Part shown: positions 38,198-47,266 of the stretch, one piece after another
Layout: every line of letters begins with the position of its first letter
Position numbering within the stretch: position 1 is the stretch's first letter
From: a virus
DNA: 64,000 bases
Strand: one strand, 5' to 3'
Virus record (IMG/VR): IMGVR_UViG_3300037845_000036
Span: 33,059 to 97,058 of that record
The notes under the pieces: model-generated
Told to the model about the DNA's origin: nothing
What the model saw: only the letters and a program-made list of their open reading frames with translations
The model's database searches: none
Made by a program: the position numbers and the translations under genes

Positions 38198-38787
38198 TGT
38201 ACCGTCACGCCCGTCAGGTATTCGGTTGAAGCACCGCCCGCATTCGTAACCGCCGCCGAGAACGTCAGTGTCAGATACGAACCCGGCACCAAAGTCGCGC
38301 CAGTCAGCGTCACATTCTGTGTCGTCGGCGTCGTAATTGGGCAAACCACCTGCCCCGAAGCGATCAACGTCGAACCCTGCGTTCCCGCAGTCGTATTATT
38401 CAAATACGCCGCAGCCGTCATTGTATGAACAGAAGCCGTGCTACTGCTGTTGGCGTAATAGCACAAAATCCCAACCGTCAGATTGTTGCCGGGGTTCTCG
38501 TAAAATGGCACCACGTAATCGTAAGACGCGACATTCGATGTCGAACCCGAACTCGTTGCAGTCCCAATCAAATACGTGCCTGTGCCGGGCGTGTAGACCA
38601 AGCCAAAATTCGTGCTGCTCGCCGAACCCGTCATCTGAAGACCCGCAACGGTCTTCATGTTCGCCATGACGAGCGGGATAGCCGGCGGTGCCGCAACAGT
38701 CAGCGTGTCGGTATAAATCGCCGCCCACGCGAGCGGGGCAACCGCGACAGCAAACCAACCGGCAAGGGCGAGGCGTTTTAGCTTCAT
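38194..38787 (-). CDS. Secreted Ser/Thr-rich beta-sandwich protein
   Basis: Signal MKLKRLALAGWFAVAVAPLAWA; one Cys pair; coupled to the ligase gene. Confidence 0.7.
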   Translation of the reverse strand: MKLKRLALAGWFAVAVAPLAWAAIYTDTLTVAAPPAIPLVMANMKTVAGLQMTGSASSTNFGLVYTPGTGTYLIGTATSSGSTSNVASYDYVVPFYENPGNNLTVGILCYYANSSSTASVHTMTAAAYLNNTTAGTQGSTLIASGQVVCPITTPTTQNVTLTGATLVPGSYLTLTFSAAVTNAGGASTEYLTGVTVQ

Positions 38788-38797
38788 CTGCTTCACC

Positions 38798-39757
38798 CTA
38801 AAAGTCCGCAAATTGCGTTACACCGCATAAACCTGTCGCAGTGCCCATATTGCCGACACCGACATGATCATAAAGCACCAACCGGCGCACCCCATTCGAG
38901 GCCGTACCCTGTAGCGCGTAAGTTCCACGCACATCGCCAGTCGTCGCCGTCGCCGGACTTGTCGTATCAGCCACAGTAAAGCCCGTGGGTGAGGCCACAA
39001 GCGTCGTATCCGGCCACCAAATCGTCGCGAACTGAAAGTGATCAATCCGCAGGAAAAACCCATACGTGTCGCTCTGCCCCGCACTCACATTCGATCCCGA
39101 CAACGTGCCCGCAGGCGTAATCGACAGGATGTACTTGAACGCCTTGTTTCCCGTCGCTGTCACGGCGTTCGACCCGGTGATGGTCTCCGTCATCGGATAG
39201 TTGTAAAGATCAAACCCGCGAACCGTAAAGGTCGCCGCCGAATCATTACCCACCGACGCGATCGAAACCGCCCGCGCAACCGCCGTTCCCGGCGCCCAAA
39301 AGATATTCCCGCCAACCGACGCATTCTGCTGCGGTACCTGCGCCGCATCGATCAACAGCAGCCCCGTTACCGTCGCCCCGGTATCCGCCCGCGTGATCGA
39401 TTGACCAACCGTAATCCCGCCACCCGAGGTCGTTACCAGCGTCAGCGGCACGCCCGCGCTCGGTACCTGCGCCGCCGCCATCGATGTCGTGCTCAGCGTC
39501 GTCGGAACCGCATTCAGGCACTCAAAGCGCCCCATGCCCCACCAACCATACGCACCACGCTCCCCTTCCGCCAACCCGCCCGCCGCCGCACCCGGCGAAT
39601 AGCAATACGGCTTGCGCGGGTCCATGATCCCGCAACCCTGATCCCACAGGCTCGGCGAACGCGATCCGTTGTAATCCGACGCCTGACCCAATCCCTGGCC
39701 CGATGGCACACTCTGGCCAAAGCCAACAAACGGACCCTTGTGTGCAGTTATGCCCAT
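38798..39757 (-). CDS. Structural (head decoration/spike-like) protein
   Basis: MGITAHKGP start; GNKAFK; ADTTSPATATTGDVRGTY; GVTQF end; follows the capsid gene. Confidence 0.65.
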   Translation of the reverse strand: MGITAHKGPFVGFGQSVPSGQGLGQASDYNGSRSPSLWDQGCGIMDPRKPYCYSPGAAAGGLAEGERGAYGWWGMGRFECLNAVPTTLSTTSMAAAQVPSAGVPLTLVTTSGGGITVGQSITRADTGATVTGLLLIDAAQVPQQNASVGGNIFWAPGTAVARAVSIASVGNDSAATFTVRGFDLYNYPMTETITGSNAVTATGNKAFKYILSITPAGTLSGSNVSAGQSDTYGFFLRIDHFQFATIWWPDTTLVASPTGFTVADTTSPATATTGDVRGTYALQGTASNGVRRLVLYDHVGVGNMGTATGLCGVTQFADF

Positions 39758-40143
39758 TAGGAGGCGTCCTTCTTCAGCGGCACCACGTTCGTCCGTGCCG
39801 CAAATGATTCGAGATACTCTGCAGCAGCGAGAAGAAGCTCGGGGTTATCTTTGAAATATCCCAAACCGGGATTGCAATTCGTGCAGCAAAGACCCCTCAC
39901 CGAATGTCGCCCCCTTCCGCGAGAATGATCGTGATCCACCGCTAACCACTTAGTCTGCCCATTCCGTTGTGCGGTTTCCGGTTCCTTACAGATTGCACAT
40001 ACGCCATTTTGGGCAACAAGCATATCCTGATATTCAGCAAGCGTGATCCCAAGCCGCCTGTCCGCGAGCGATTGCGTGGGCAGCCACAAAAGATGCTTCA
40101 CGCTCACTTGCAGCGGCGACACCATACTCCTCTGCTGCCGCAA
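39757..40143 (-). CDS. Endonuclease VII-like domain (possibly a frameshifted tail of the upstream HNH gene)
   Basis: GITLAEY..QNGVCAIC, LAVDHDH, VRGLCCTNCN.GLG. Confidence 0.75.
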   Translation of the reverse strand: MRQQRSMVSPLQVSVKHLLWLPTQSLADRRLGITLAEYQDMLVAQNGVCAICKEPETAQRNGQTKWLAVDHDHSRGRGRHSVRGLCCTNCNPGLGYFKDNPELLLAAAEYLESFAARTNVVPLKKDAS

Positions 40144-40597
40144 TAAAAGCTGCCGCCGCCTCTTCTTTTGTAGAAAACCTTCCGAGATGCTTCAGTTTAT
40201 AGTCGCGCGTGATCGTCGCCAACCACTTCCCCCGCGCCGCATCCCACGTAACACCACGACTCCCGCTCTTATTCCCCTTGCGTAATCCGCCCTTTCGAGC
40301 CGTTTCCGCAGCGGTTTGCAATTTCAGATTTGATAAACAAAGATCAAGATAGTCGCCGTTTTCTGGCGCAACGTTACCCTCTGGCCATTCGCCATATGTA
40401 ATCGCCCATACAATACGGTGGGCCAAAACACGATAGCCATCTACGCCGACATAGAGCCGCCCGTTAGCGGCTACAGCGCCAGCTTCATCGCCGATCCTAA
40501 TCCGATGTGAGGTTGATGTTTTCCACGTCAACCTGCCCGCATGCGGATCATAAGAAAACAGTTCACGAAGGCGTTCAACAGGAATAGCGCTCGTCAT
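40034..40597 (-). CDS. HNH endonuclease with AP2 domain
   Basis: RLRELFSYDPHAGRLTW, AHRIVW, NKSGSRGVTW..KWLATI..HLGRF; upstream TTGACG-17-TAACGT promoter implies ATG start at 40597. Confidence 0.8.
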   Translation of the reverse strand: MTSAIPVERLRELFSYDPHAGRLTWKTSTSHRIRIGDEAGAVAANGRLYVGVDGYRVLAHRIVWAITYGEWPEGNVAPENGDYLDLCLSNLKLQTAAETARKGGLRKGNKSGSRGVTWDAARGKWLATITRDYKLKHLGRFSTKEEAAAAFIAAAEEYGVAAASEREASFVAAHAIARGQAAWDHAC

Positions 40598-40732
40598 CTC
40601 CACGGCTCCTGGATACAGGTTGGCGATGACGTGTACGTTACTCACTTTTTCTCCTGTCGTCAACAATAAAATTTCACATAGCCTGACTAACTTTCGGTAT
40701 TTACCCTAGTATTAACAACCACTTGCAAGTGG

Positions 40733-41647
40733 TTATGAAGTAGGATACGTTCCAAAAGTTGCGCGGGGATTGTAATACGAAAGTGAATAGCGCTCGTACC
40801 CCTTGCACAGGAGGTTGTCGGTCGAGAATTCAACTTCCATACTCATTTCAAACGGGATACGCTCCATATATGCTAGCCCCGGAACATTCGTCAAAAGGAA
40901 CCAAGCATAGGGCGAGGTCAAGAAGTCATCGACAAAGTAACCTTCTTTCAGACCACCAGTTGTCGAGCGGATAGCATTGACATCGTTATCGCCGGTACCG
41001 GGCCGCATCGGAGTTTCGAGTAGTCGAATGGCGACTGGCTCAAGCTCAGGCGGGATGAGCAGCATCTTGCCACGGGCGTACTGCTTCAAATTCGCCTGAT
41101 CGACGAACTGGCGACGGATGCTGATCATGGCCGAGAGCAACGAAGTCTCGGAAAGATCGGTCGCAGTCGTGAAAGCATTGGCGTAAGATCCGCCATCGAT
41201 CGGATGCGCGGTTGAGAACAACGGCTGGCCATCGCCACCGACTGCAGCGTTGTAGACGTTGCCGAGGTTGAAGACGCTGGCTGCGTAGATTTCCTTAGTT
41301 TGATTGAAGGATTCCTGCAGGCCGAGGTTCGAGGGATTGAATTGCGTCTTGTAGAGATTGTCGTCGATCGCGGGACGAGTGATCGCGTAACCGAGCGAGA
41401 TTTCCAGATGTGATTGATTCCAAACGAATCTCTCACCCGCCCTATTGTCGAAAAAGGCGGTTCCGCCCTCAGTCTTCAGACGAGCGAGCGGCAAATAGCG
41501 GTTTTCCGCCGTGCGCTCAACCGCCTGTTCCGACTTGATGTATTGGAAGATCTTGTCGTACTGACGGGGGATCTGCTGGTATTTCCCGGTAACGGCTCGC
41601 AGGCCAGGGAACAGCAGGTCGCGGATCTGTTGAAGTGCTACCGGCAT
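40733..41647 (-). CDS. Major capsid protein (HK97 fold)
   Basis: LLFPGL, KTEGG, LGYAIT..IDDNLY, GGDGQPLFSTAHP, DLSETSL, LLIPPEL, ERYS. Confidence 0.9.
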   Translation of the reverse strand: MPVALQQIRDLLFPGLRAVTGKYQQIPRQYDKIFQYIKSEQAVERTAENRYLPLARLKTEGGTAFFDNRAGERFVWNQSHLEISLGYAITRPAIDDNLYKTQFNPSNLGLQESFNQTKEIYAASVFNLGNVYNAAVGGDGQPLFSTAHPIDGGSYANAFTTATDLSETSLLSAMISIRRQFVDQANLKQYARGKMLLIPPELEPVAIRLLETPMRPGTGDNDVNAIRSTTGGLKEGYFVDDFLTSPYAWFLLTNVPGLAYMERIPFEMSMEVEFSTDNLLCKGYERYSLSYYNPRATFGTYPTS

Positions 41648-41650
41648 TGG

Positions 41651-42259
41651 TTAGATCCCCGTCAACTGCCTGTAGAACTGGTTATTCCAGCCCACAAGCA
41701 AGGAAGCATAAGGAGTCGTGAGGTCGGTTCCGTTGTCTCCCGGCGGATCGGCAATCAACGCTAGGATGCGGAACGGAAAAGTCGAAGTTGTCGTTGGCGT
41801 GGTGTGCAAGTCGATGTAGGCGCCGCTCTGACCGTTTAAGGTAGAACCAGTGCCGTTCGCGTACTGCGCGTTCATGCCAACCATCGCCTGCGTGACGAGA
41901 ACCGTCGCGCCGGCCGAGTTGCTGGTTTGAACCTTGAAGGTCACATTGGGATCGTCAATGATGAGCGCGTTGACGATGCCGTTGGTGATCTGGTCCGCGC
42001 CGGGGTAGTAGGGCGAGTAAACAAGCTTGCCCTGCGAGGCCGAGATGTAATTGCACCCCGCAAAGATCCCGAGAGGCGGTGTGGTGCCCGGAGTCAGGGT
42101 ATCAATATACCCGCTCGACAGCATCACCACGACATCGCCCGTGTAGATCGAGTGCGTGTTGGTGTAAAGAATCTGATATTGGGTCTGGTTGGCCGACCAC
42201 GAGGCACCGTCTTGCCTCCCGGCGACGGCGAACCCATAGGGTGCTAAGACGTTTGCCAT
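41651..42259 (-). CDS. Capsid decoration/cement protein
   Basis: MANVLAPYGF, IYTGDVV, GIFAGC.Y, DDPNVTFKVQ; directly upstream of the capsid gene. Confidence 0.7.
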   Translation of the reverse strand: MANVLAPYGFAVAGRQDGASWSANQTQYQILYTNTHSIYTGDVVVMLSSGYIDTLTPGTTPPLGIFAGCNYISASQGKLVYSPYYPGADQITNGIVNALIIDDPNVTFKVQTSNSAGATVLVTQAMVGMNAQYANGTGSTLNGQSGAYIDLHTTPTTTSTFPFRILALIADPPGDNGTDLTTPYASLLVGWNNQFYRQLTGI

Positions 42260-42261
42260 CG

Positions 42262-42462
42262 GGGCGAAATTCCCGATTTGTCCGTCTACCCCTGACCGAT
42301 CTGGGATGTGCGGGAGGGTGAAGGCCGCCGTTTCGCGGGCCGCCACACTTTCGGTTCTTGTGTCGGAAGAACCAGAAATTTAACTGTCAGGCCCTCCGCG
42401 AACCTGACGAGCGCAACCTTATGCGCGGCTGATAATTCGCGTGTTTTTTTCTGTTGTCAAGG
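42262..42462 (-). promoter_or_regulatory. Promoter and structured 5' leader of the capsid operon
   Basis: TTGACA-17-AATTAT followed by hairpins GTCAGG/CCTGAC, GGTTCTT/AAGAACC, GGCC/GGCC. Confidence 0.5.
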
Positions 42463-42473
42463 GGCGCAAGGGA

Positions 42474-43025
42474 TTACGGTTCGGAAGACAACCCTTCCGC
42501 GCCTTCATTGACTGGCTCACCGGGAGCGAATTGCTGGCGGACGCTTGCTACTCGGCGAACCGAAGGATGATCGCGCGTCAACTGCCCCGGCTTTGACCCG
42601 TACATGATTTCTTGCATATTCTGCACAGGATCGAGCGCGTCCTGTAGCTGCTCCATCTGTGCTTCTTCGGTCAAATACTTGGGCCGCTCGCAGAGGATGG
42701 TCCCGCCACGTTTGATGATTGTGTCTCCGCCTACCGCAAGTTCAGGATGGCGCGCCGCCGGCACTGGGCGCCAATGATTCTCGCGCATCTCAATCCAGTG
42801 CGTGGTGTCTTTTTGCCCGTAGACTTCCTCGCGTTTCCATTCGTAGGTAAACCCCGGCGGGGCGAGGTTGCCGATCTCAAACGGGTTACTGTTGCGGCGG
42901 CGGCGGTGCAACCGTTCGCCCGATGTCGGCGCTATCGCCTCGCGCGGCGCCGTGGCACGCACATTGGCACGCGGATCGCGTTGAACAGCCTTGGCTTCAG
43001 TTTCGTAAAGGATTTTATCGCTCAT
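42474..43025 (-). CDS. Conserved head-region protein
   Basis: PPGFTYEWKR..WRPVPA.RHPE..GGTILCERP. Confidence 0.7.
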   Translation of the reverse strand: MSDKILYETEAKAVQRDPRANVRATAPREAIAPTSGERLHRRRRNSNPFEIGNLAPPGFTYEWKREEVYGQKDTTHWIEMRENHWRPVPAARHPELAVGGDTIIKRGGTILCERPKYLTEEAQMEQLQDALDPVQNMQEIMYGSKPGQLTRDHPSVRRVASVRQQFAPGEPVNEGAEGLSSEP

Positions 43026-43407
43026 TTATCGAACCCCGACTCAATGTTTTATTTTCTGTCCCCAAGCGCACGTAGGCGCTTGTTATACCGTTCCCCGTGA
43101 TTGGATCGGTCTTCCATCGCAACTCCGGTCGTACTCTCCACACAACACCCTGCGGCGAAGCGGTGACAAAACCAAGTAGCAAAAAGGAAAGAGTTTCGGC
43201 AGTACGCGTCTCAGCCTTTTCTCTAGCGCTTGGATCATCTTTCAACGTCTCGCCAGTGACAACCGAACCGAAGCCGATACTGACCCAATTCCCATCACCC
43301 GCCCTAATTTCCTCTTCAGTAACGTCCCGACACGGCGTGGATAATGTATCGAGCCACGCCATGAGCGTGTCGATATCCTTGACGCCAGTTGGAATACTCA
43401 AGTTCAT
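43015..43407 (-). CDS. Hypothetical protein
   Basis: Overlap-coupled ORF. Confidence 0.55.
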   Translation of the reverse strand: MNLSIPTGVKDIDTLMAWLDTLSTPCRDVTEEEIRAGDGNWVSIGFGSVVTGETLKDDPSAREKAETRTAETLSFLLLGFVTASPQGVVWRVRPELRWKTDPITGNGITSAYVRLGTENKTLSRGSINER

Positions 43408-44417
43408 CGTGCCCCCGGTCCAATGCGACCCTCTTTAATCAAATCGGCTTTGTGCCGCGCATATTCGCTTTCAGGAATACCGTCGCGGCGCGCCTGTTCT
43501 TTTTCTTCACGCGTGAGATAGACTTCGGTAACACCCGCGTTGGTCCGAACCGAACCATTGACGGCGCCCCCCGCTGGTGCGGTAGTCATGCGCGCGGCTT
43601 GTCGGGCATCTTCGGCGTTCCGCCCACCGGGTTGCGCGGTGACATTCGTTTGGCTCGTTGGCGTTTCTTGCTGTCTCTGTATCAAGCCAAGCTCAGTGCG
43701 GATAAAATCTAGATAATCCTGGCTGTACGAAGGGATGCCTTTGTTGTTTTCTGCATACTGTGCGGCGGCTATGGCGCGGCGCTGGAAATTCTGATCCGAA
43801 AAAAATCGCGAACCCTCGGCGGAGCGCAACCAATCCTGTACCAATGGCGGGCGTGCTTGAATGAATTGTTCCCGCGCTTCATCGGCGCTTGGTTGCTGTT
43901 GCGGCTGCCGCCCCGTATCAGCAGGCGGATTTTTAATCCGCGCATCGAGTTCTGCCTTCCCGGCCTCTAGCTGAGCAATATGACCGCCGATAACGGCCAT
44001 CTCCCGATTGATCTTGGCGACAGCAGCAAAGTCTCCCGCACCGTGCGCGGCGGCTAATTGCTGTTCCAGCGTCTCCAGTTTCCCAGTTTGGGCATTTAGC
44101 GCGTTACCGATCGCGTCAAACTGCGCTTGCTCGGTTGAACGGCGTCCCTCTGTCGTCGCATGGTGCGCGGCATTCGTCGCCTCTGTCGCGCGAGCCTCGG
44201 CCGCCTGACGTGCGCGTTCCGCACTCGCTGCCCGATCACGTTCCGCCTGCAGCGCTTTTTCCTTTTCGGAATCGCGCGCCTCAAGCTCTTCAAGCTGCCG
44301 TTTTAGAGACGCGACAACATCTTCCTCGGTCTGAACTTCCGCCTCTGGCGTCTCAGCCGCTCGCGTACCTTGATCAACAGCGGCACTTGTCGGCTCGCGC
44401 AATATGGCGTCAGACAT
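43404..44417 (-). CDS. Capsid scaffolding protein
   Basis: Coiled-coil; C-terminal VYLTREEKEQARRDGIPESEYARHK. Confidence 0.75.
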   Translation of the reverse strand: MSDAILREPTSAAVDQGTRAAETPEAEVQTEEDVVASLKRQLEELEARDSEKEKALQAERDRAASAERARQAAEARATEATNAAHHATTEGRRSTEQAQFDAIGNALNAQTGKLETLEQQLAAAHGAGDFAAVAKINREMAVIGGHIAQLEAGKAELDARIKNPPADTGRQPQQQPSADEAREQFIQARPPLVQDWLRSAEGSRFFSDQNFQRRAIAAAQYAENNKGIPSYSQDYLDFIRTELGLIQRQQETPTSQTNVTAQPGGRNAEDARQAARMTTAPAGGAVNGSVRTNAGVTEVYLTREEKEQARRDGIPESEYARHKADLIKEGRIGPGAR

Positions 44418-44428
44418 TTATCGGCCCC

Positions 44429-44902
44429 CTAAAGCAAACGGCCGGGATATTTCACCCGACCCCTAATGTGCGCGTCCTGAATGACGCGGCACTTAACAAA
44501 TTGCGTGCGTTCGTTAAGCATCGCCACGTCTTTGTCCCAGCCGTCCGAGTTGCGATAGAGCACCCAATCGCCGCGCTCTACTTTGAGACCGTGGAATTTG
44601 TTATTCGCGTCATCGACAAAGGCTGTCGGACCAGTTTTGAGCACAAGACCGATTACGCCCTGCCACACATCCTCGCGCTGCGTTTCGGCGGCAGCAATGA
44701 GTCCGGCACCGATCTGCGAGCGGATATATTTCGCCACCAGCACATCGTTGAAGAACAATTCGATATCGTCAAGATCGCCTAATTTCTCAAAGATGAACTC
44801 TTTTACATCATCTTCGGCATCAAACCATTTCCGCTGGCCGACGATGGCCCGACCATCCATGCCGACAAGGTTCATGCTCGGCGTAACTAATGCGTCGCTC
44901 AT
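44429..44902 (-). CDS. GroES-like co-chaperonin
   Basis: GAGLI, GLVLKTGPTAF, VERGDWVLY, RVIQDAHI. Confidence 0.7.
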   Translation of the reverse strand: MSDALVTPSMNLVGMDGRAIVGQRKWFDAEDDVKEFIFEKLGDLDDIELFFNDVLVAKYIRSQIGAGLIAAAETQREDVWQGVIGLVLKTGPTAFVDDANNKFHGLKVERGDWVLYRNSDGWDKDVAMLNERTQFVKCRVIQDAHIRGRVKYPGRLL

Positions 44903-45099
44903 CCCCGCTCCACGTCCTGTTTGATCTCGTCCGCTAGTTCCATTGCTGTGCGCAACCCATCAAAGAACCCGCAAGCAAAGCGATAGTCTGCAAAGTCTCC
45001 TGCCGCGCCGCGACCCAGTGAATCTTCGCGCTCATGAATAAGCTTTTCCACGCGGCGGGCCAGTTCTTCATGAAACCAAGGGGTATACCCGCCGATCAT
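44899..45099 (-). CDS. Small conserved helical protein
   Basis: LGRGAAGDFADYRFACGFFDGL. Confidence 0.65.
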   Translation of the reverse strand: MIGGYTPWFHEELARRVEKLIHEREDSLGRGAAGDFADYRFACGFFDGLRTAMELADEIKQDVERG

Positions 45100-45536
45100 T
45101 TATTCTCGGGGGTTCCAACAAAGAACGGCAACCGGGTTTTCTTTGGATCGAGCAGCGTGCCATCTCCCGTCGCATTCAACTCTTCGCCGGGGAATCTCGG
45201 CCAACGCTTCGGGTCGCTCGGCGTCACGACGGCTTTTACAGGGGTGTATTCTTGAGGTTGCGGATCTGGGCGATGGCCGCCGCCCGCGAAATATGTTTCA
45301 GCGGTCATGCTGTGCGGCGGGTCAAACGGATCGGCGACAGGCAGCCCTTCGCCAATAATCGTTAGCACAAGACCTTGGCGATGATCCGCAGCGGCGACAA
45401 TTTCCACCCGATGGCCTTCGGGCAACGTCAACCGTTCAGCAATATTGGATAGGGAAAAGAACACGCGCGCAGCACCGATCAAATCAGCCTCCAAACGAGG
45501 ATGACGATCTTGCCCGCGATTGTCTGTGAAGAACAA
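45096..45536 (-). CDS. Hypothetical protein
   Basis: ORF coupled to the downstream gene. Confidence 0.5.
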   Translation of the reverse strand: MFFTDNRGQDRHPRLEADLIGAARVFFSLSNIAERLTLPEGHRVEIVAAADHRQGLVLTIIGEGLPVADPFDPPHSMTAETYFAGGGHRPDPQPQEYTPVKAVVTPSDPKRWPRFPGEELNATGDGTLLDPKKTRLPFFVGTPENK

Positions 45537-45616
45537 GGCGACAACCGCTATGCCGCGCCGAGCGGCGGCTTACCCGAGCGCCAAGCTCGATGTTCGCCAA
45601 AGTAACAAAACGCTAC

Positions 45617-45853
45617 CTAATATTGTTTCCGTGACCTGTCAAGATACCATTGAGCACGTTTTGCATCAGTCATTCCCGACTTCGCCAGTTCTACGACTGG
45701 CTCCAAGCCATATTCGTTGACAAGCGCCCGCCATGCGGGCGGCGATTCATCAATCGCCGACATCCGTTCTTCCGCCGTCTTCTTACGCTCGGTCCAGAAC
45801 GCAGCCCCCATACCGGGCTTGTTATGGCTAATAATCGCCCGCCGCATTTTCAC
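45617..45853 (-). CDS. Hypothetical protein
   Basis: IDESPPAWRALVNEYG. Confidence 0.55.
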   Translation of the reverse strand: MKMRRAIISHNKPGMGAAFWTERKKTAEERMSAIDESPPAWRALVNEYGLEPVVELAKSGMTDAKRAQWYLDRSRKQY

Positions 45854-46961
45854 TTTCGATTTTCATCTTCGCCCGCGCCAATCGCCCTTCGGCACTGAGC
45901 GCACCAGCGGCGGCTTTTGGTACGCGACCACCTTTGGCGCGCATCGGCATGCCCGGCATCCCCGGAGCCATCGGTGGACGAGCCATTCCCATACCCGCGC
46001 CGGGAGCCATCGGCATCCCCGCTGTCGGCATGCCGCCGGGCATGCCCATTCCAAGCCCCGGCGGCGGCATTGGTGGCCGAGGCGGCGGCATGCCGCCCGC
46101 TGCGGGTATGGGACCGGCTGGCATCGGGGGGCGATCAGCGCCACCAGTCGCCACAATCACGTTTACATGCCCCGCCTTGCCTTTGCCGCTTCTGCCTCCA
46201 TGCGCGCGGCGATGTTCGCGATCTTCCTCTTTTGCCCTGCCGCCACGCTTTTGCCCGACAAAACGGGGAGTCCCAATTGCGCCTGGTGTTGGACCTCCGG
46301 GGGCACTGACAGTCGGCGCGGTCTGCCCTGGCCCCATCATACTTGGCTGAGGCATTTGTGCCGCAGTCGGCGCGGGACGCGGCATATTCCCTCCGGGGGC
46401 GCCCATGCCAGGGCGCATACCCATGCCCATCCCAGGACCAGCCATGCCAGGACCGGGAAGGCCAGGGCGTTGCATTTGACCTCCGCCCATGCCCCCACCC
46501 ATGCCCATGGCTCCCACACCCATCGGCATACCGCCACCAGCCTGCCGTTTGGCGCGTCCGCCACGCTTCTGACCAGTGGCTTTGGGCTGATTCGGATTAT
46601 TGATCGAATTAGCTAAGCCAGCGTCAATCGCGCTCTGCATCGCCTGTTGAGCGGCGTTGTTGCTGGGATTCATCGCCTGATTGACCCCAGCGGAACCACC
46701 GTCATCGCGCTTCCTGCGCCCCGCACGATCCATGCGCTTGCGACCAGCGTGACCTTCAGCCACGCCCCCATCAGCGAGTTTCAATTTTGTCAGTGGCTTG
46801 CCGGGGTGATCGGCCTTCTCATGCTGGTGCACCCCTTTGATCACCATTACGCGATCATCACGAGCGCCAGAAATGCCGCCACCATGAGCGCGTCGGATCT
46901 CGTGAATTCTGTGGGAGTGCTGCCGAGTCGCCTCTTCGCGCAGATGTTTGTGCTCAGACAT
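45828..46961 (-). CDS. Low-complexity Met/Gly/Pro-rich internal protein with xGG motifs
   Basis: LADGGVA, QKRGGRA x2, RAHGG x2, RAKGGRV; GMGMPGGMP tracts. Confidence 0.7.
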   Translation of the reverse strand: MSEHKHLREEATRQHSHRIHEIRRAHGGGISGARDDRVMVIKGVHQHEKADHPGKPLTKLKLADGGVAEGHAGRKRMDRAGRRKRDDGGSAGVNQAMNPSNNAAQQAMQSAIDAGLANSINNPNQPKATGQKRGGRAKRQAGGGMPMGVGAMGMGGGMGGGQMQRPGLPGPGMAGPGMGMGMRPGMGAPGGNMPRPAPTAAQMPQPSMMGPGQTAPTVSAPGGPTPGAIGTPRFVGQKRGGRAKEEDREHRRAHGGRSGKGKAGHVNVIVATGGADRPPMPAGPIPAAGGMPPPRPPMPPPGLGMGMPGGMPTAGMPMAPGAGMGMARPPMAPGMPGMPMRAKGGRVPKAAAGALSAEGRLARAKMKIESENAAGDY

Positions 46962-47209
46962 TATTTCCTCCCTCGCGGATGACCGAGACCCGTACCCACC
47001 CAGCCGGTATCCGTTTTTTGCCCGACAGCCTCGCGATCCTGTCTAGAATTTCTGGTTAATTGAATTTCCCAATCGCGATTAGCAGCAGCACGCTGGTCAT
47101 ATCCCCCATTGAGATCGGCGCGCCGCCCGCCACCCGCAAAGGGTTTGCTAATCTCTGGCGTCCTTTGCTCGGAAGGGCCAAGCCCTATTTCCAGCGATTT
47201 TCTTGCCAT
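46961..47209 (-). CDS. Hypothetical protein
   Basis: GGAG RBS; TAATG coupling to the next gene. Confidence 0.55.
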   Translation of the reverse strand: MARKSLEIGLGPSEQRTPEISKPFAGGGRRADLNGGYDQRAAANRDWEIQLTRNSRQDREAVGQKTDTGWVGTGLGHPRGRK

Positions 47210-47266
47210 CACGCACTCCAACGATTTCGCAGCCTATACCACATCAACACTGTTTCCGCCACGTCA

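Noticed and set aside
38198-38344. N-terminal extension of the ligase in the ORF track
   Set aside because: Overlaps the upstream gene by about 150 nt; GTGA-coupled start at 38197 is more plausible
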